DNA of 64,000 bases from Candidatus Heimdallarchaeota archaeon (GTDB taxonomy: Archaea; Asgardarchaeota; Heimdallarchaeia; Heimdallarchaeales; Heimdallarchaeaceae), in NCBI GenBank assembly GCA_019057815.1, contig JAHLWR010000002.1, positions 1 to 64,000 of the forward strand, read 5' to 3'. A program made the translations under genes and the position numbers. Positions 19,032 through 29,602 of this stretch are shown here, one piece after another; positions within the stretch are counted from its first letter, which is position 1; each line of letters starts with the position of its first letter. The notes below the pieces were generated by a model that saw only the letters and a program-made list of their open reading frames with translations, did not search any database and had not been told where the DNA came from.

Positions 19032-20120
19032 ATCCCATTTTCCGCATTTACTTCCCCATCTAGCAATCACTTTGTCTTCCATGATAACTTCTATTATCTC
19101 ACAGATATTGGGGCAACCTTTACACTCAAATCCTTTTGTCTGGTAGTTAATATCTGGGATTTGCCACCCAACAAATTTTGTTTCTCTTTCTGGATTTTTC
19201 ACAATCTTATTCATAGCTAGCATAGCTGCTCCAATCGCGCCCATAACATCATAATGCTCTGGAATGATTATATCGTCTTCATGTTTAATCTTGTTTTGCT
19301 TGATAAGAGAACGTCTGAGTGCATCCCTGATACCGACATTGGCAGCTACACCTCCTTGAAACATTATTGGACCAGTAATCTCTTTTCCTTTACCTACATT
19401 GTTCAAGTAATTTCGCACTAGTGCTTCACTCAATCCGCGGACAATATCTTCCACTGAATGACCAAGTTGTTGTTTGTGAATCATGTCTGATTCAGCAAAA
19501 ACCGTGCATCTTCCAGCAATAGCTACTGCATTATCTGACTTCAATGCTAAATCTCCAAATTCTTCTATTGGAATTTCTAGACGATTTGCTTGTTGATCTA
19601 GGAAGGAACCTGTTCCTGCTGCACAAACAGTATTCATTGCAAAGTCAACAGGTAATCCATTTCTAATTATTATGATTTTACTATCTTGACCACCTATCTC
19701 TATGATTGTTTGAATTTCAGGGTTCTCATTTAGAGAGGCAAGTGAATGAGCAGTAATCTCATTTCTTACAATATCTGCTCCAACAACTAATCCAGTTAGT
19801 TGTCTAGCGCTACCTGTTGCTCCGACACCACTAATTTGGAAATTCTCTCCTACCTTTTCTTTGAGAAGAGTAATTCCATATTGAATTGATTGAATTGGTC
19901 TTCCTTCAGTTCGTATGTACACTGATTCGACAAAATTTTTTTGACCATCTATAATTGCTAAATTCGTACTTATAGATCCTACATCTACTCCAAGGTAGTA
20001 TTTATCTAACGAAACTTCTAATGCAATTTCTTCATGTATAGATTCTAACATTTCTTCTTTTGAAAGAGTTTCAATTGAAGTCTTTCTCTCTTCATTCGGA
20101 CACTCGCAATTTTCAGTCAT
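19026..20120 (-). CDS. Acyl-CoA dehydratase activase (BadF/BadG/BcrA/BcrD ASKHA ATPase, HgdC-like)
   Basis: 'GVDVGSIST', 'IEIGGQDSK', 'CAAGTGSFL', 'RCTVFAES'; likely start ATG 20120. Confidence 0.92.
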   Translation of the reverse strand: MTENCECPNEERKTSIETLSKEEMLESIHEEIALEVSLDKYYLGVDVGSISTNLAIIDGQKNFVESVYIRTEGRPIQSIQYGITLLKEKVGENFQISGVGATGSARQLTGLVVGADIVRNEITAHSLASLNENPEIQTIIEIGGQDSKIIIIRNGLPVDFAMNTVCAAGTGSFLDQQANRLEIPIEEFGDLALKSDNAVAIAGRCTVFAESDMIHKQQLGHSVEDIVRGLSEALVRNYLNNVGKGKEITGPIMFQGGVAANVGIRDALRRSLIKQNKIKHEDDIIIPEHYDVMGAIGAAMLAMNKIVKNPERETKFVGWQIPDINYQTKGFECKGCPNICEIIEVIMEDKVIARWGSKCGKWDV

Positions 20121-21258
20121 AATTAAATGTCTCCCATGATATTTTCTCTTGTGTTTTACCATTACGTTCGTTTTCACGTTTAATCTTCAACATATCAATA
20201 AAAGCTTCAAGTCTCGTTTGAAAGCCTGCTTCTCCTGTTTGCTCATCAACAATAAGTGGAAGAACAGGCATACCATAATCATCAGTAACACTAGGAATTA
20301 TCGTTTGAGCAGTAAGTTCAGGCATACAACTAAATGGCCAAATGTGAACCATACCATCCCATCCAAATTCTCGAAGCAATATTGTTACTCCAATAGTTTC
20401 TGTCCCATCACCACCACAATACTGCTGAATATATGGACGTGCTTTTTCTCGATAGATTTTATAATGTTCCTTTACAAATGGATTGAGTTTCGCGGGTAAA
20501 TCTGTAAACTTCTTCAAAGAAACGGTGTTACGGCATATTACTCCTAAATTATTTAACCGACGATATAAATCCAGATGAAGCAATGGTTCATGAACAACAT
20601 AAATTTCACCTACAATACCTATTTTCAAGGGATCAGCTTCTTCATCTATTTGCACTTCTTCTTTAAATATCTCCGGAATTTGTTTATGGTATTTTTTTAC
20701 TTCCTTAACTTTATGAGTACTAAATAACTTATCATAAATTTCTTTAGCTACTCTATCCGTTTGCCCTTTTTCAATTTCCACCCCTCGATAAAAAGTTATT
20801 AAGTGCTCAATTAAATCAAGAGAATAATTCTTCACCCAAATTTTTCGAAGAGCTTTAAGTGTCTGCCATGTATTGAAATTGTTGCTAACTGATTTTAAAT
20901 CTCTCACCATCTCAAAAGGCAAGTGGTAATCAATATTTGTGTACTTTACTTCATATCCCAAATCTTCAGTAATTAGTCTTTGAAGGGGTCCATAACAACT
21001 AGCTCTACATGTCCCAATTCCTCCCATCTGAAAAACATGATTAGCTCCTCTTTCAATGCTTTCAATTTGAGAACCTAAACTCAGTTTGAAAGGAGTACAC
21101 ATCCATTCTGGTGAGTGTTCTGATCCTATTTCTAATGTTCGTTTATTGGGGGTAGACGGATTAACTATCCGCTCTTCCGGAACTTCCAATTCTAGAAATA
21201 TTGCCTTTAACAGTAAAGTTATTGGCCCAAAATGAGGATAAGTAACAATTGACTCCAT
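20113..21258 (-). CDS. 2-hydroxyacyl-CoA dehydratase-like/activase-associated protein
   Basis: 'SPEWMCTPFK', 'CRASCYG', 'IGIVGEIY', 'PFSCMPE', 'DEQTGEAGFQTRLEAF'. Confidence 0.8.
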   Translation of the reverse strand: MESIVTYPHFGPITLLLKAIFLELEVPEERIVNPSTPNKRTLEIGSEHSPEWMCTPFKLSLGSQIESIERGANHVFQMGGIGTCRASCYGPLQRLITEDLGYEVKYTNIDYHLPFEMVRDLKSVSNNFNTWQTLKALRKIWVKNYSLDLIEHLITFYRGVEIEKGQTDRVAKEIYDKLFSTHKVKEVKKYHKQIPEIFKEEVQIDEEADPLKIGIVGEIYVVHEPLLHLDLYRRLNNLGVICRNTVSLKKFTDLPAKLNPFVKEHYKIYREKARPYIQQYCGGDGTETIGVTILLREFGWDGMVHIWPFSCMPELTAQTIIPSVTDDYGMPVLPLIVDEQTGEAGFQTRLEAFIDMLKIKRENERNGKTQEKISWETFNYD

Positions 21259-21262
21259 TATC

Positions 21263-22435
21263 TCAGCTCCAACTCTCAAATATTGAACCAGATACCATTT
21301 TAACTGATTTAGGAATAGTCCCTGTACTCTTCTTCATTCGAAGGATATCACTAAAAGCTTCTAATCTAGTTTGAAATCCAGCTTCACCTGTATGAGCATC
21401 AAGAGATAATATAATAATAGGTGTTTCACTTTTGATTTTTTTTGCAAATAGTTTTGCATATTCCATAGAAACCGACACAGGTCCACAAATGAAATTGACA
21501 AGCATCAGTATTCCATCAATAGATTTATTCTCAAGAAAGTGCATCGCTGTACCAACGATCTCATGTTCAAATTCGAAATAAAAATAATCGTTTCTTCCAA
21601 AAAGATGTTTTTCTAATTGTTTTTTAGGTAATTTTTCAGGCTCTGAAAATTCTAAGCCATAGTTAACCATGGATAAACGTAAAATTTGCCTTTCAAGCAG
21701 TTTTCTAGGCATTTGTTCTGATGTTATAATATCTACACCTAATTTTTGTAGTCTCTGACGTACATCTAGTGATGCAAAACTATCATTTAGCACGTAAGTA
21801 TGCCCTATTAGAGCAACTTTCAATGGTTTTTCTCCATCTACAATCGCAGGTGCATCATTTAACAAAATTTCAGAGTTTTCCCATTTTTTAAGTGCCTCTT
21901 CATCTATACTTACATTTTTCATTGCAGTTTTGTGATCTTTTCTAGCTTTGAGAGCAGCATAGATTATTCTTAAAGGATTTTTTGTAAATTTGAATCCGAT
22001 TTCAAAAATTATTTTTACTAAACGCCAAAAACCATGTTTTTCCCTTGAAGTGCTATAATGAGGTCCAATGATTGGTGGTAAATTGTCTTTTGTATACTTG
22101 AGTATGTCTGCAAGAGCAACAAACTTAGGACAAGCGACTTCACGTTTTTTTCGACTAGCAAAGCGAGGAACAAAAATATAATCAATTTCTTTATCCAAAA
22201 GATCTAATACATGTCCATGGAACAACTTTGTTGAATAACATTCATCATCTAAGGTTTCCAAAACACCCCTATCTTTTGTTACTTTGTTTGTAGGTGATGA
22301 TAGGATAACTTCTGCTCCTAATGCCTCGAAGAAACTTTCCCACATAGCTTTAAAATAATAGTAAAGCAAAGCTCGAGGAAAACCAACTCTTTTCTTGCGT
22401 TTTTTATGCTGCTTAGTACTATTTTTTTCGCTCAT
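21263..22435 (-). CDS. CoA-activase-associated protein (DUF2229-like)
   Basis: 'VGFPRALLYY', 'ECYSTKLFHGH', 'CPKF', 'DAHTGEAGFQTRLEAF'; start ATG 22435 with GGAG upstream. Confidence 0.8.
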   Translation of the reverse strand: MSEKNSTKQHKKRKKRVGFPRALLYYYFKAMWESFFEALGAEVILSSPTNKVTKDRGVLETLDDECYSTKLFHGHVLDLLDKEIDYIFVPRFASRKKREVACPKFVALADILKYTKDNLPPIIGPHYSTSREKHGFWRLVKIIFEIGFKFTKNPLRIIYAALKARKDHKTAMKNVSIDEEALKKWENSEILLNDAPAIVDGEKPLKVALIGHTYVLNDSFASLDVRQRLQKLGVDIITSEQMPRKLLERQILRLSMVNYGLEFSEPEKLPKKQLEKHLFGRNDYFYFEFEHEIVGTAMHFLENKSIDGILMLVNFICGPVSVSMEYAKLFAKKIKSETPIIILSLDAHTGEAGFQTRLEAFSDILRMKKSTGTIPKSVKMVSGSIFESWS

Positions 22436-22623
22436 GAGTTTCTCTCCCAGATTGATTATCAGTAATTTTCTTTTTTTAAAGTAAGTTCTGATTAACAAAT
22501 CTTTAATTACTCAGCTTAGTTTTAAGGTTTTTTGTCAAAACGAAAAACAATACAAAACATAACATTGAGATATTTATCTAAAACGCTAATTAACCGCATG
22601 TTACTGTGTTAAAATACTATTTT

Positions 22624-22687
22624 TTCTTTGTATTACCAGCAAAAAAAATGCTCAAGTACTGGTACGTACAAAGAACTTAGCTCATAC
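22624..22687. repeat. Interrupted hairpin plus copy 2 of the 26-bp direct repeat
   Basis: TTCTTTGTA/TACAAAGAA and TACCAG/CTGGTA arms; 22662-22687 identical to 19006-19031. Confidence 0.9.
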
Positions 22688-22712
22688 TGTCAAAATTTAA
22701 AAGGAGGACAAA

Positions 22713-23693
22713 TCACTGATTATTATTATCTGTAACGCTTATTTCAAACATCGGTGATTGAGATTCTGACCAGAATATTTGTTTATCAATCATGTGTTTT
22801 ATTAAGTAACTTGTCAAATCAGCTTCCGTTAACTTGTTTTCTTTGGTTTTCACCAAACCACTGATTTCAGACACAAATTCAGTTAGAAGTCTCATTAGAA
22901 GATTAGAAGCTTCTAATTCTTTATTTCTTGTTGTAACAAGCCAACAGGAGATATTTTCATCAGCAGCCATAATTATTTGCCTTTCTGCGACTTTCATATA
23001 TTCTAATATTGATTCTCCTTTATTCGCAAATCTATACCTGATTATTGGGAATAAAGCATCTTCCTCTAGAGTTATTTGGGGTGTTCGAATTTTAGCTTCA
23101 ATTATATTGTTTCCAGTTCTTATATAAGCTACAAAATAGTCTACTGTAATCCCAACAACAATTAAATGATTGATTATTGAATTTGCTAACCAATCCTTTG
23201 TTTTTTCGATGTTTCTTCCCGTAACAGGTGAGATGGAAAAACATTCTATCTCAAAGGAATTAATTTTTTCAGTAAAATATTTAGTGATTTCATCTAATTC
23301 AGAATTATCAAGTTGTGCATCCCATGTGTTCACTAAGACTAGAATAGGAGACTTCTTTCTTACCCACTGAAGTGCTTTGATAAACCATTTTCTTGATTCC
23401 TCTAATCTTCTGGAATTAGTAGCATCTACAACGTAAATAAAAGCATCAGAACGTGAAATATAAGCCTTCCATAAAACTTTGCGAAAAGCCTCAGATCCTC
23501 CAAGATCTGTTATACCTAATTTTAATCCTTCCAAATCAAGAATCTCAGTATTTACACCAAAGGTCTTGTAGATTTCACTGATATCTTCTCTGAGTAGACG
23601 TTGAACAATACTAGTTTTACCCACGCCATCTAAACCGGCAATTGAGACTGTCAAATCCCTACTAGTAAGTAGACTGCTAAAATTGGTTGACAC
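22713..23693 (-). CDS. Arf-family small GTPase with C-terminal domain
   Basis: G1 GLDGVGKT, G2 KTFG, G3 DLGG, 'LWKAY', 'YVVDA'; G4 degenerate (NTWD). Confidence 0.85.
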   Translation of the reverse strand: MSTNFSSLLTSRDLTVSIAGLDGVGKTSIVQRLLREDISEIYKTFGVNTEILDLEGLKLGITDLGGSEAFRKVLWKAYISRSDAFIYVVDATNSRRLEESRKWFIKALQWVRKKSPILVLVNTWDAQLDNSELDEITKYFTEKINSFEIECFSISPVTGRNIEKTKDWLANSIINHLIVVGITVDYFVAYIRTGNNIIEAKIRTPQITLEEDALFPIIRYRFANKGESILEYMKVAERQIIMAADENISCWLVTTRNKELEASNLLMRLLTEFVSEISGLVKTKENKLTEADLTSYLIKHMIDKQIFWSESQSPMFEISVTDNNNQ

Positions 23694-23996
23694 ACAGTTG
23701 ACCTCATCTACCCCGATTCATATTTATTCGAAGATAATATTTATTCTAAGATAATGAATCGTCTGTGAACCCCACAATAAAAAATAAGCAAAGAACATTT
23801 AAAAAGATTACCAAACTAAAAAGGGAAATTGCTAGAAAAAACCACACAAAAAAGAACTTCACATTGAAAGAGAAATGACGTAAAAAGAGAACATCACTAG
23901 AGATTCAAAAATAGTCTTCCAATAGGAAAATATAAATATCAGAGATTGGAACAAAAAACGATATTATATATTCTTAATTGATGAGGTTAAATAATT

Positions 23997-25613
23997 ATGT
24001 ATGGACAACCCGTTTATATTATGAAAGAAGGAACAGAAAGAACAACAGGCAAAGATGCCCAAAGAAATAATATTATAGCTGCAAGAGCAGTGGCTGAAGC
24101 AATAAGATCAGCACTAGGACCAAAAGGAATGGATAAAATGCTGATAGATAACTTCAATGACGTCACAATAACCAACGACGGTGCCACAATTCTCAAAGAA
24201 ATTGAAGTTAATCATCCTGCTGCCAAATTTATTATTGATTTAGCTAAAACCCAAGATCAAGAGACTGGTGATGGTACAACTACTGTTGTTGTTCTTGCTG
24301 GTGAATTATTGAAACAATCTGAAGACTTATTAGATCTTGATATTCATCCTACTTTAATTATTGAAGGTTATAAATTAGCCCGTTTTGAAGCTGAAAAGAT
24401 TTTAGATGATATGGGTATTGCTGTTACTTTTGATGAAGATGACAAACTTAGATTTATTGCTCAAACTTCTTTAGCTTCCAAAATTGTTAGCGCTGAAAAA
24501 GAACCCTTATCAGAACTTGTAGTCAAAGCTGTTAAATCTGTTACTGAAGACATTGATGGCGAAAAAAGAGCTGATATTAATAATATTCAAATTCAAAAGA
24601 AGAGAGGTGGTAGCCTGTCCGATACTCGTCTTATTGATGGTATCATTCTCGATAAGGAGTTCGTTCATGCCGATATGCCAAAAAAGATTTTAGATGCTAA
24701 AGTTTTGTTGCTTGACAAGGGATTGGAACTATCTAAAACAGAAATTGATGCTAAAATTAATATTACCAGTCCTGAGCAAGTTCAAGCTTTTCTTGATAGA
24801 GAAGGTGAAATGCTCAAAGAAATGTCGGACAAAATTATTGCTTCTGGTGCCAATGTAGTGTTATGTCAAAAAGGGATAGATGATGTTATTCAACATCATT
24901 TAGCCAAAAACAACATTGCGGCAGTAAGAAGAATCAAGAAGAGTGATATGGAAAAACTTGCAAAAGCAACTGGAGCAATGATAACATCCTCCCTTGAAGG
25001 TTTGGAAACTTTCATTGGTGATGCTAAAAACGTAGAGGAAACTAAAATTGGCGACGATGACATGATTTTTGTTCAAGAATGCAAGAACCCCAAGGCTGTT
25101 TCTATCTTAATTCGCGGAGGAACAGAGATGATTGTAAATGAAGCTGAACGAGCTATTCATGATGCTTTGTGCGTTGTTAGACAAGTTATCCATGATAAAT
25201 TAATAGTTCCTGGCGGTGGAGCTCCTGAGATAAGAATTGCTCAAAAGCTAGGAAGTTTTGCTAAAAAACAAACATCCAAAGTACAACTTGCAGTTCAAAG
25301 ATTTGCTAAGGCTATGGAAATCATTCCAAGGACTTTAGCTGAAAACGCTGGATTAGACCCTATTGATGTCCTTTCAGAACTATACGCTAAACATTCTAAA
25401 GAAGAAGCATCTGGTTTTGGAGTAGATCCATTCTCAGGCAAAGTTAAAGATATGGCAAAAATGAATGTTTTTGAACCAATTTCTGTAAAAACTCAAGCAA
25501 TAACTTCAGCTGCAGAAGCTGCAGAAATGATCCTTCGTATTGATGATGTAATTGCTTCAAAAGAATTATCTGGTCCCAGTATGCCTGAAGGTCCAGGTCC
25601 AGAAGATTATTAA
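23997..25613 (+). CDS. ths: Thermosome (group II chaperonin) subunit
   Basis: '[10 protein letters not shown]', 'TNDGATIL', 'GDGTTT', 'PGGGAPE', 'ILRIDDVI'. Confidence 0.97.
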   Translation: MYGQPVYIMKEGTERTTGKDAQRNNIIAARAVAEAIRSALGPKGMDKMLIDNFNDVTITNDGATILKEIEVNHPAAKFIIDLAKTQDQETGDGTTTVVVLAGELLKQSEDLLDLDIHPTLIIEGYKLARFEAEKILDDMGIAVTFDEDDKLRFIAQTSLASKIVSAEKEPLSELVVKAVKSVTEDIDGEKRADINNIQIQKKRGGSLSDTRLIDGIILDKEFVHADMPKKILDAKVLLLDKGLELSKTEIDAKINITSPEQVQAFLDREGEMLKEMSDKIIASGANVVLCQKGIDDVIQHHLAKNNIAAVRRIKKSDMEKLAKATGAMITSSLEGLETFIGDAKNVEETKIGDDDMIFVQECKNPKAVSILIRGGTEMIVNEAERAIHDALCVVRQVIHDKLIVPGGGAPEIRIAQKLGSFAKKQTSKVQLAVQRFAKAMEIIPRTLAENAGLDPIDVLSELYAKHSKEEASGFGVDPFSGKVKDMAKMNVFEPISVKTQAITSAAEAAEMILRIDDVIASKELSGPSMPEGPGPEDY

Positions 25614-25669
25614 CATCTTCTACTTTCTTTTCTATTTTTCTATTCTTCTACTAAAAATTGTTCAATAAG

Positions 25670-25882
25670 TTATTTTGTATACGTTTGTAGAGTTTCAACT
25701 AGTTTTTTATTCATATCTTCCGTAACTTCATCTGAAACAAGTTCTACTAGCTGTATCCATGTACTATATGCTTGTTCTCTTATTGTAATGCTTGTGTCTT
25801 TCATATCTTTAATTATTATATCAAATACTTCTGGAGTAATAGCTTCATAGCCTTTATGGTTTTTAGGAGGCTTTAGTGTCAT
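25670..25882 (-). CDS. Small hypothetical protein
   Basis: 70-aa ATG-started ORF with upstream TTTTATA. Confidence 0.55.
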   Translation of the reverse strand: MTLKPPKNHKGYEAITPEVFDIIIKDMKDTSITIREQAYSTWIQLVELVSDEVTEDMNKKLVETLQTYTK

Positions 25883-26230
25883 TCAATCAAAAATACAATC
25901 ACTTGATATAAAACTCTTTCTCAGAATGATTGTTTCAGTAATAATTTAGATACATTTTCTTAATGAAATCCACAAATTGCATGATGAGAGAAGAATTAAG
26001 TGATACTCTCTTTAACTTTTTGAGCAACCTCTTTCATAATTATTCCCTAGTATTGCACTTGATAGGTAATTACAAATCATCAAAGGCTCTATTAACCTTC
26101 AATTATTAATGAAATCAAGAAAAGTAGGTTATAAAACATTACTTTGTACCAATATTATAAAAAACTTCAGATAAATCTTAATCTGACCAAAATTTTTTAA
26201 CTAATCGAATACTATTGGATATTGAATCAA

Positions 26231-27175
26231 ATGAAATTAACAGAAGTAAGTAAAGAAATTCGTTTGAAGCTTGAAGAAGCAGATTTCACTCTTGAATCTA
26301 TTGTTATAGCCCAAGCAAAAGACTTAGCATCAACATTCAATATAGATTTGGAGGAAGCTAAAAAAGTTATTATTGCAGCAGAGAAGGAACTTGGCATTTT
26401 ACCGATTTCAGCTGCTGAATTTCTTAAACTTGAAGAAAGGAGAGGAAAAATTACAACTGGTTCTAATGAACTTGATTCAGTTCTTGGAGGAGGAATCTGG
26501 ACACAGGAAATAACTGAACTTGCTGGTGGTTTTTCATCTGGTAAAACACAACTATGTTTTCAACTCTGTATAAATGTCCAATTATCATATGATGAAGGAG
26601 GATTGGAAGGAAAAGCTTTTTTTGTAGATACAGAGAGGACTTTTTCTCCAAAAAGAATAACTGAAATAGCTTCTTGCCGAAATCTAGAAATTGATGATGT
26701 TTTAAATAATATAATCATTGCACCCACATTAAATACAAACCATTTATTCTCTATTATTGAACAATTAGAGGACATTATTCCTAAAGAAAGGATTAAACTA
26801 TTAGTAATTGATAGCTTTGCTTCACATTTTAGATCTGAATATATTGGAAAAGAAAAACTAGTTGCCCGTCAACAAAAAATAATGCAAATAGCTGAAAAAT
26901 TAACATTATTAGCCGTTAGATATGATATCGCAGTTTTAGTTACAAATCAAATCATAGCTAATGTGGAAGATTTTCTGCATGGAAGCAGCGAGGAACCAGC
27001 ACTAGGATTTGCTTGGGCTCACAGACCTCAACAAAGAGTTTTCTTGCGTAAGTCACGAGGTAGTGCGAGAATAGCAAGATTGTTCGATAGCTCGAGAATG
27101 CCTGAACGAGAAGCCTTGTTCTATGTTACAGAAGCAGGAATAGCAGATGCAGCAACAAGGGATGTTTATATCTAA
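26231..27175 (+). CDS. RadA/Rad51-family recombinase paralogue
   Basis: N-terminal HhH-like domain, 'ITTGS.ELD.VLGGG', Walker A GGFSSGKT, 'DTERTF', 'LLVIDS', 'TNQ', 'RLFDS'. Confidence 0.88.
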   Translation: MKLTEVSKEIRLKLEEADFTLESIVIAQAKDLASTFNIDLEEAKKVIIAAEKELGILPISAAEFLKLEERRGKITTGSNELDSVLGGGIWTQEITELAGGFSSGKTQLCFQLCINVQLSYDEGGLEGKAFFVDTERTFSPKRITEIASCRNLEIDDVLNNIIIAPTLNTNHLFSIIEQLEDIIPKERIKLLVIDSFASHFRSEYIGKEKLVARQQKIMQIAEKLTLLAVRYDIAVLVTNQIIANVEDFLHGSSEEPALGFAWAHRPQQRVFLRKSRGSARIARLFDSSRMPEREALFYVTEAGIADAATRDVYI

Positions 27176-27245
27176 CAAGAAAAAGTAATTAGTTTAAAAT
27201 ATAGGGAAAAAATACTCCCGATTGTCAATATTTGTAGAGATAAGT

Positions 27246-27530
27246 TTAGTTATCTGCCGGTGTATAGACTTTTGTACGCCTACTCCCTATTACTTTTTTA
27301 ATAATAGATTTTGACTCAGCTTCACTGAGTATTTTCTTTGCAGTACTAACACGAATATTATATTTATCGGCTAAATATTGAGGAGTGATACCTCTGCTAT
27401 GTGGAAGTTCATCTTCAATTTTCTTTAATGTTTCTTCATCTGGAAACATATCACGTTCCATTGGTGTGAATTCTATTACAACACCAAATTTTTTCTTTTT
27501 CCTAATAACTTTCTTTTCTCGAGCTGCCAT
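27246..27530 (-). CDS. rps25e: Ribosomal protein eS25 (S25e)
   Basis: Basic N-tail, 'ITPQYLADKYNIRVSTAKKIL', 'RTKVYT'. Confidence 0.9.
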   Translation of the reverse strand: MAAREKKVIRKKKKFGVVIEFTPMERDMFPDEETLKKIEDELPHSRGITPQYLADKYNIRVSTAKKILSEAESKSIIKKVIGSRRTKVYTPADN

Positions 27531-27673
27531 TTATCTCTACCAAGGATTTTCATTGGAATTTTTAAATTGTTCTATCTATTAGAACTTTAGATAGAGTTAG
27601 ATAAAAACAACGGATAAGAATCTGAAAAACAAAAATATTATTAAGTTTAACAGAAACGAAACTATTGAAGGAT

Positions 27674-28672
27674 ATGGATGAACTTGAATTATTATTAAGC
27701 ACATTCAAAGGAGAAAATGACGAAAAAACACTCTTTAGCTTATGGAAACACTTTCCGCGTCTCGATCGAGATCCTGAGCTTTTAGCTGAAGCTCATATTA
27801 ATTTTTACAATAGACATAAATTTGATTTAATGAAAGTAAGTCCTCATGGTCGTTATTCCAATGTTGATTTTGGCTGTGAAATCGACAAAGAACATGATCC
27901 TGTCACAGGTTCAACACGTTGTAAGAATTGTATTATTAAAAAATTAGAAGACTGGGAAACCTTGGAACCTGTTGACGTTACAGAGGGAGAATTTGGTAAA
28001 CAGTTGAAATCATTAAAACTAATTCACAAAGAATTAGAAACTTTACCAAAAATGATGACTATTTTTAGTCCTTTAATGGTTGCAGCAAAACTCGATCCTA
28101 ATCTCGAGAAACACATCCAAACTAACCCAGGAACAGTAAGAGAAGCAATGTACATTATTCATAGTGTTATGGAAGAATTTTCTCTCGCAGCTGTTGAAGA
28201 AGGAGCTAATGGTTTGTTTATTGCTTCTCAGCATTTTAGAAAAACAAGTTTAGAATGGAAAGAAGTCGAAAGTTTTGAAATTTACTTCTTAGATAAAATT
28301 ATAAAACGCGCAAGTAAAAAAGCTACATTTTCAGTTATACACATTCATGGATTAGATATAGCTTTTGATAAGGTTACAAAACAACTAGCTTCTGAAGCTG
28401 TTAATTGGCATGACCAACTTACTTGGCCTAATATCGAAGAAGCGGCTGAAATATACAAAGGTGGTCTTCTTGCAGGAATCGATGAAAAAGAATTATTACT
28501 CAACGGAAGACCAGAAAATATGAAATCGCAGATTCAAAAAACATTAAATCTTGTAGAAAAAACAGACAATAGAATAATTATCTCTCCTGGATGTGTAATC
28601 CCTTATAAAATTCCTGATGAGAAATTAGATATTATAGGAGAAACGGTAAGAGCTTATAATAAGAGAAGGTAA
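27674..28672 (+). CDS. Uroporphyrinogen decarboxylase/MtaA-CmuA family protein
   Basis: 'SLWKHF', 'TIFSP', 'HIHG', 'IIISPGC'. Confidence 0.8.
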   Translation: MDELELLLSTFKGENDEKTLFSLWKHFPRLDRDPELLAEAHINFYNRHKFDLMKVSPHGRYSNVDFGCEIDKEHDPVTGSTRCKNCIIKKLEDWETLEPVDVTEGEFGKQLKSLKLIHKELETLPKMMTIFSPLMVAAKLDPNLEKHIQTNPGTVREAMYIIHSVMEEFSLAAVEEGANGLFIASQHFRKTSLEWKEVESFEIYFLDKIIKRASKKATFSVIHIHGLDIAFDKVTKQLASEAVNWHDQLTWPNIEEAAEIYKGGLLAGIDEKELLLNGRPENMKSQIQKTLNLVEKTDNRIIISPGCVIPYKIPDEKLDIIGETVRAYNKRR

Positions 28673-28676
28673 GAAA

Positions 28677-29330
28677 ATGGTACAAGAAGAAAATGAAGAA
28701 ATTATTCGCTTAATAAAAGCCCAAAGGTTTGGATGGGTTGATTTTATTTTGAATACCTTTTTTTCAGTTATTATGATTATAACCATATATGTCGTGATTG
28801 TTTTTTCTCGACCAGAAACGTTAACAGATTGGATATTAGCAATGATTACAACTATACTTCCCCTACTTTTTTTTGCAAATAGAGCTTTCAATGAATTGTT
28901 TTATACAAAGGATTATGTTAAAATAACAAATGAAATGATATATTTTAGATCTACTCCCCTATTAACAACAGGATTGCGCCCAAAGAAAAGAGAAATACCA
29001 ATTAGAGAAATAAAGAAGTATGGCGTATCCAAAATTTCACGAAAACTTTCAATTGACATGTTTAGACTTAAAAGAAAAGCTATGTTAGTTCTAGTGCTGA
29101 AAAGCGGTGAAAATGTAGTTACAGGTGAATTCATAGACAATCAGAAACTTTTTGAGATTGTAGCAATAATCCAACAAATTTATCCAAAAGCTAGATTATC
29201 TAAACCAACTCTTACGGCATATCCAGAGCTAAATGAAGTTCTAAAAGTGGCAAAACCTTCGAAGAAATTAAAGCAGATCAAGGACGATGAAGTAGATCTG
29301 GACAGTGTTGAAATAAGGCGACGTAGATGA
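28677..29330 (+). CDS. Hypothetical membrane protein (2 TM + possible PH-like domain)
   Basis: Two hydrophobic helices then a beta-rich domain. Confidence 0.7.
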   Translation: MVQEENEEIIRLIKAQRFGWVDFILNTFFSVIMIITIYVVIVFSRPETLTDWILAMITTILPLLFFANRAFNELFYTKDYVKITNEMIYFRSTPLLTTGLRPKKREIPIREIKKYGVSKISRKLSIDMFRLKRKAMLVLVLKSGENVVTGEFIDNQKLFEIVAIIQQIYPKARLSKPTLTAYPELNEVLKVAKPSKKLKQIKDDEVDLDSVEIRRRR

Positions 29331-29602
29331 TATTATTAAAAATATATTTAAAAAAAATTACGCTTAAGGCAAGCAATCGATATCAATTCTTTTGCATTAT
29401 TAGCTGTGTTTGATGAATAAGTGCATTTTATGAAATAAAAACATAATTCTCGAGTTCATATATCTGATATTGTTCATCTAGTAGGAGATAAACTATCATA
29501 TTATACTTATTTTCTCTTTTTTTTTTGTAATATCCACATTTCTGTTTTCTATCTTTAGTCTTTAAGATAAAATATATAAACAATAATGCTTTAAAAATCT
29601 AA

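Noticed and set aside
29410-29470. Possible C/D sRNA (TTGATGA...CTGA)
   Set aside because: No C' box, no convincing terminal stem and no recognisable rRNA complementarity.
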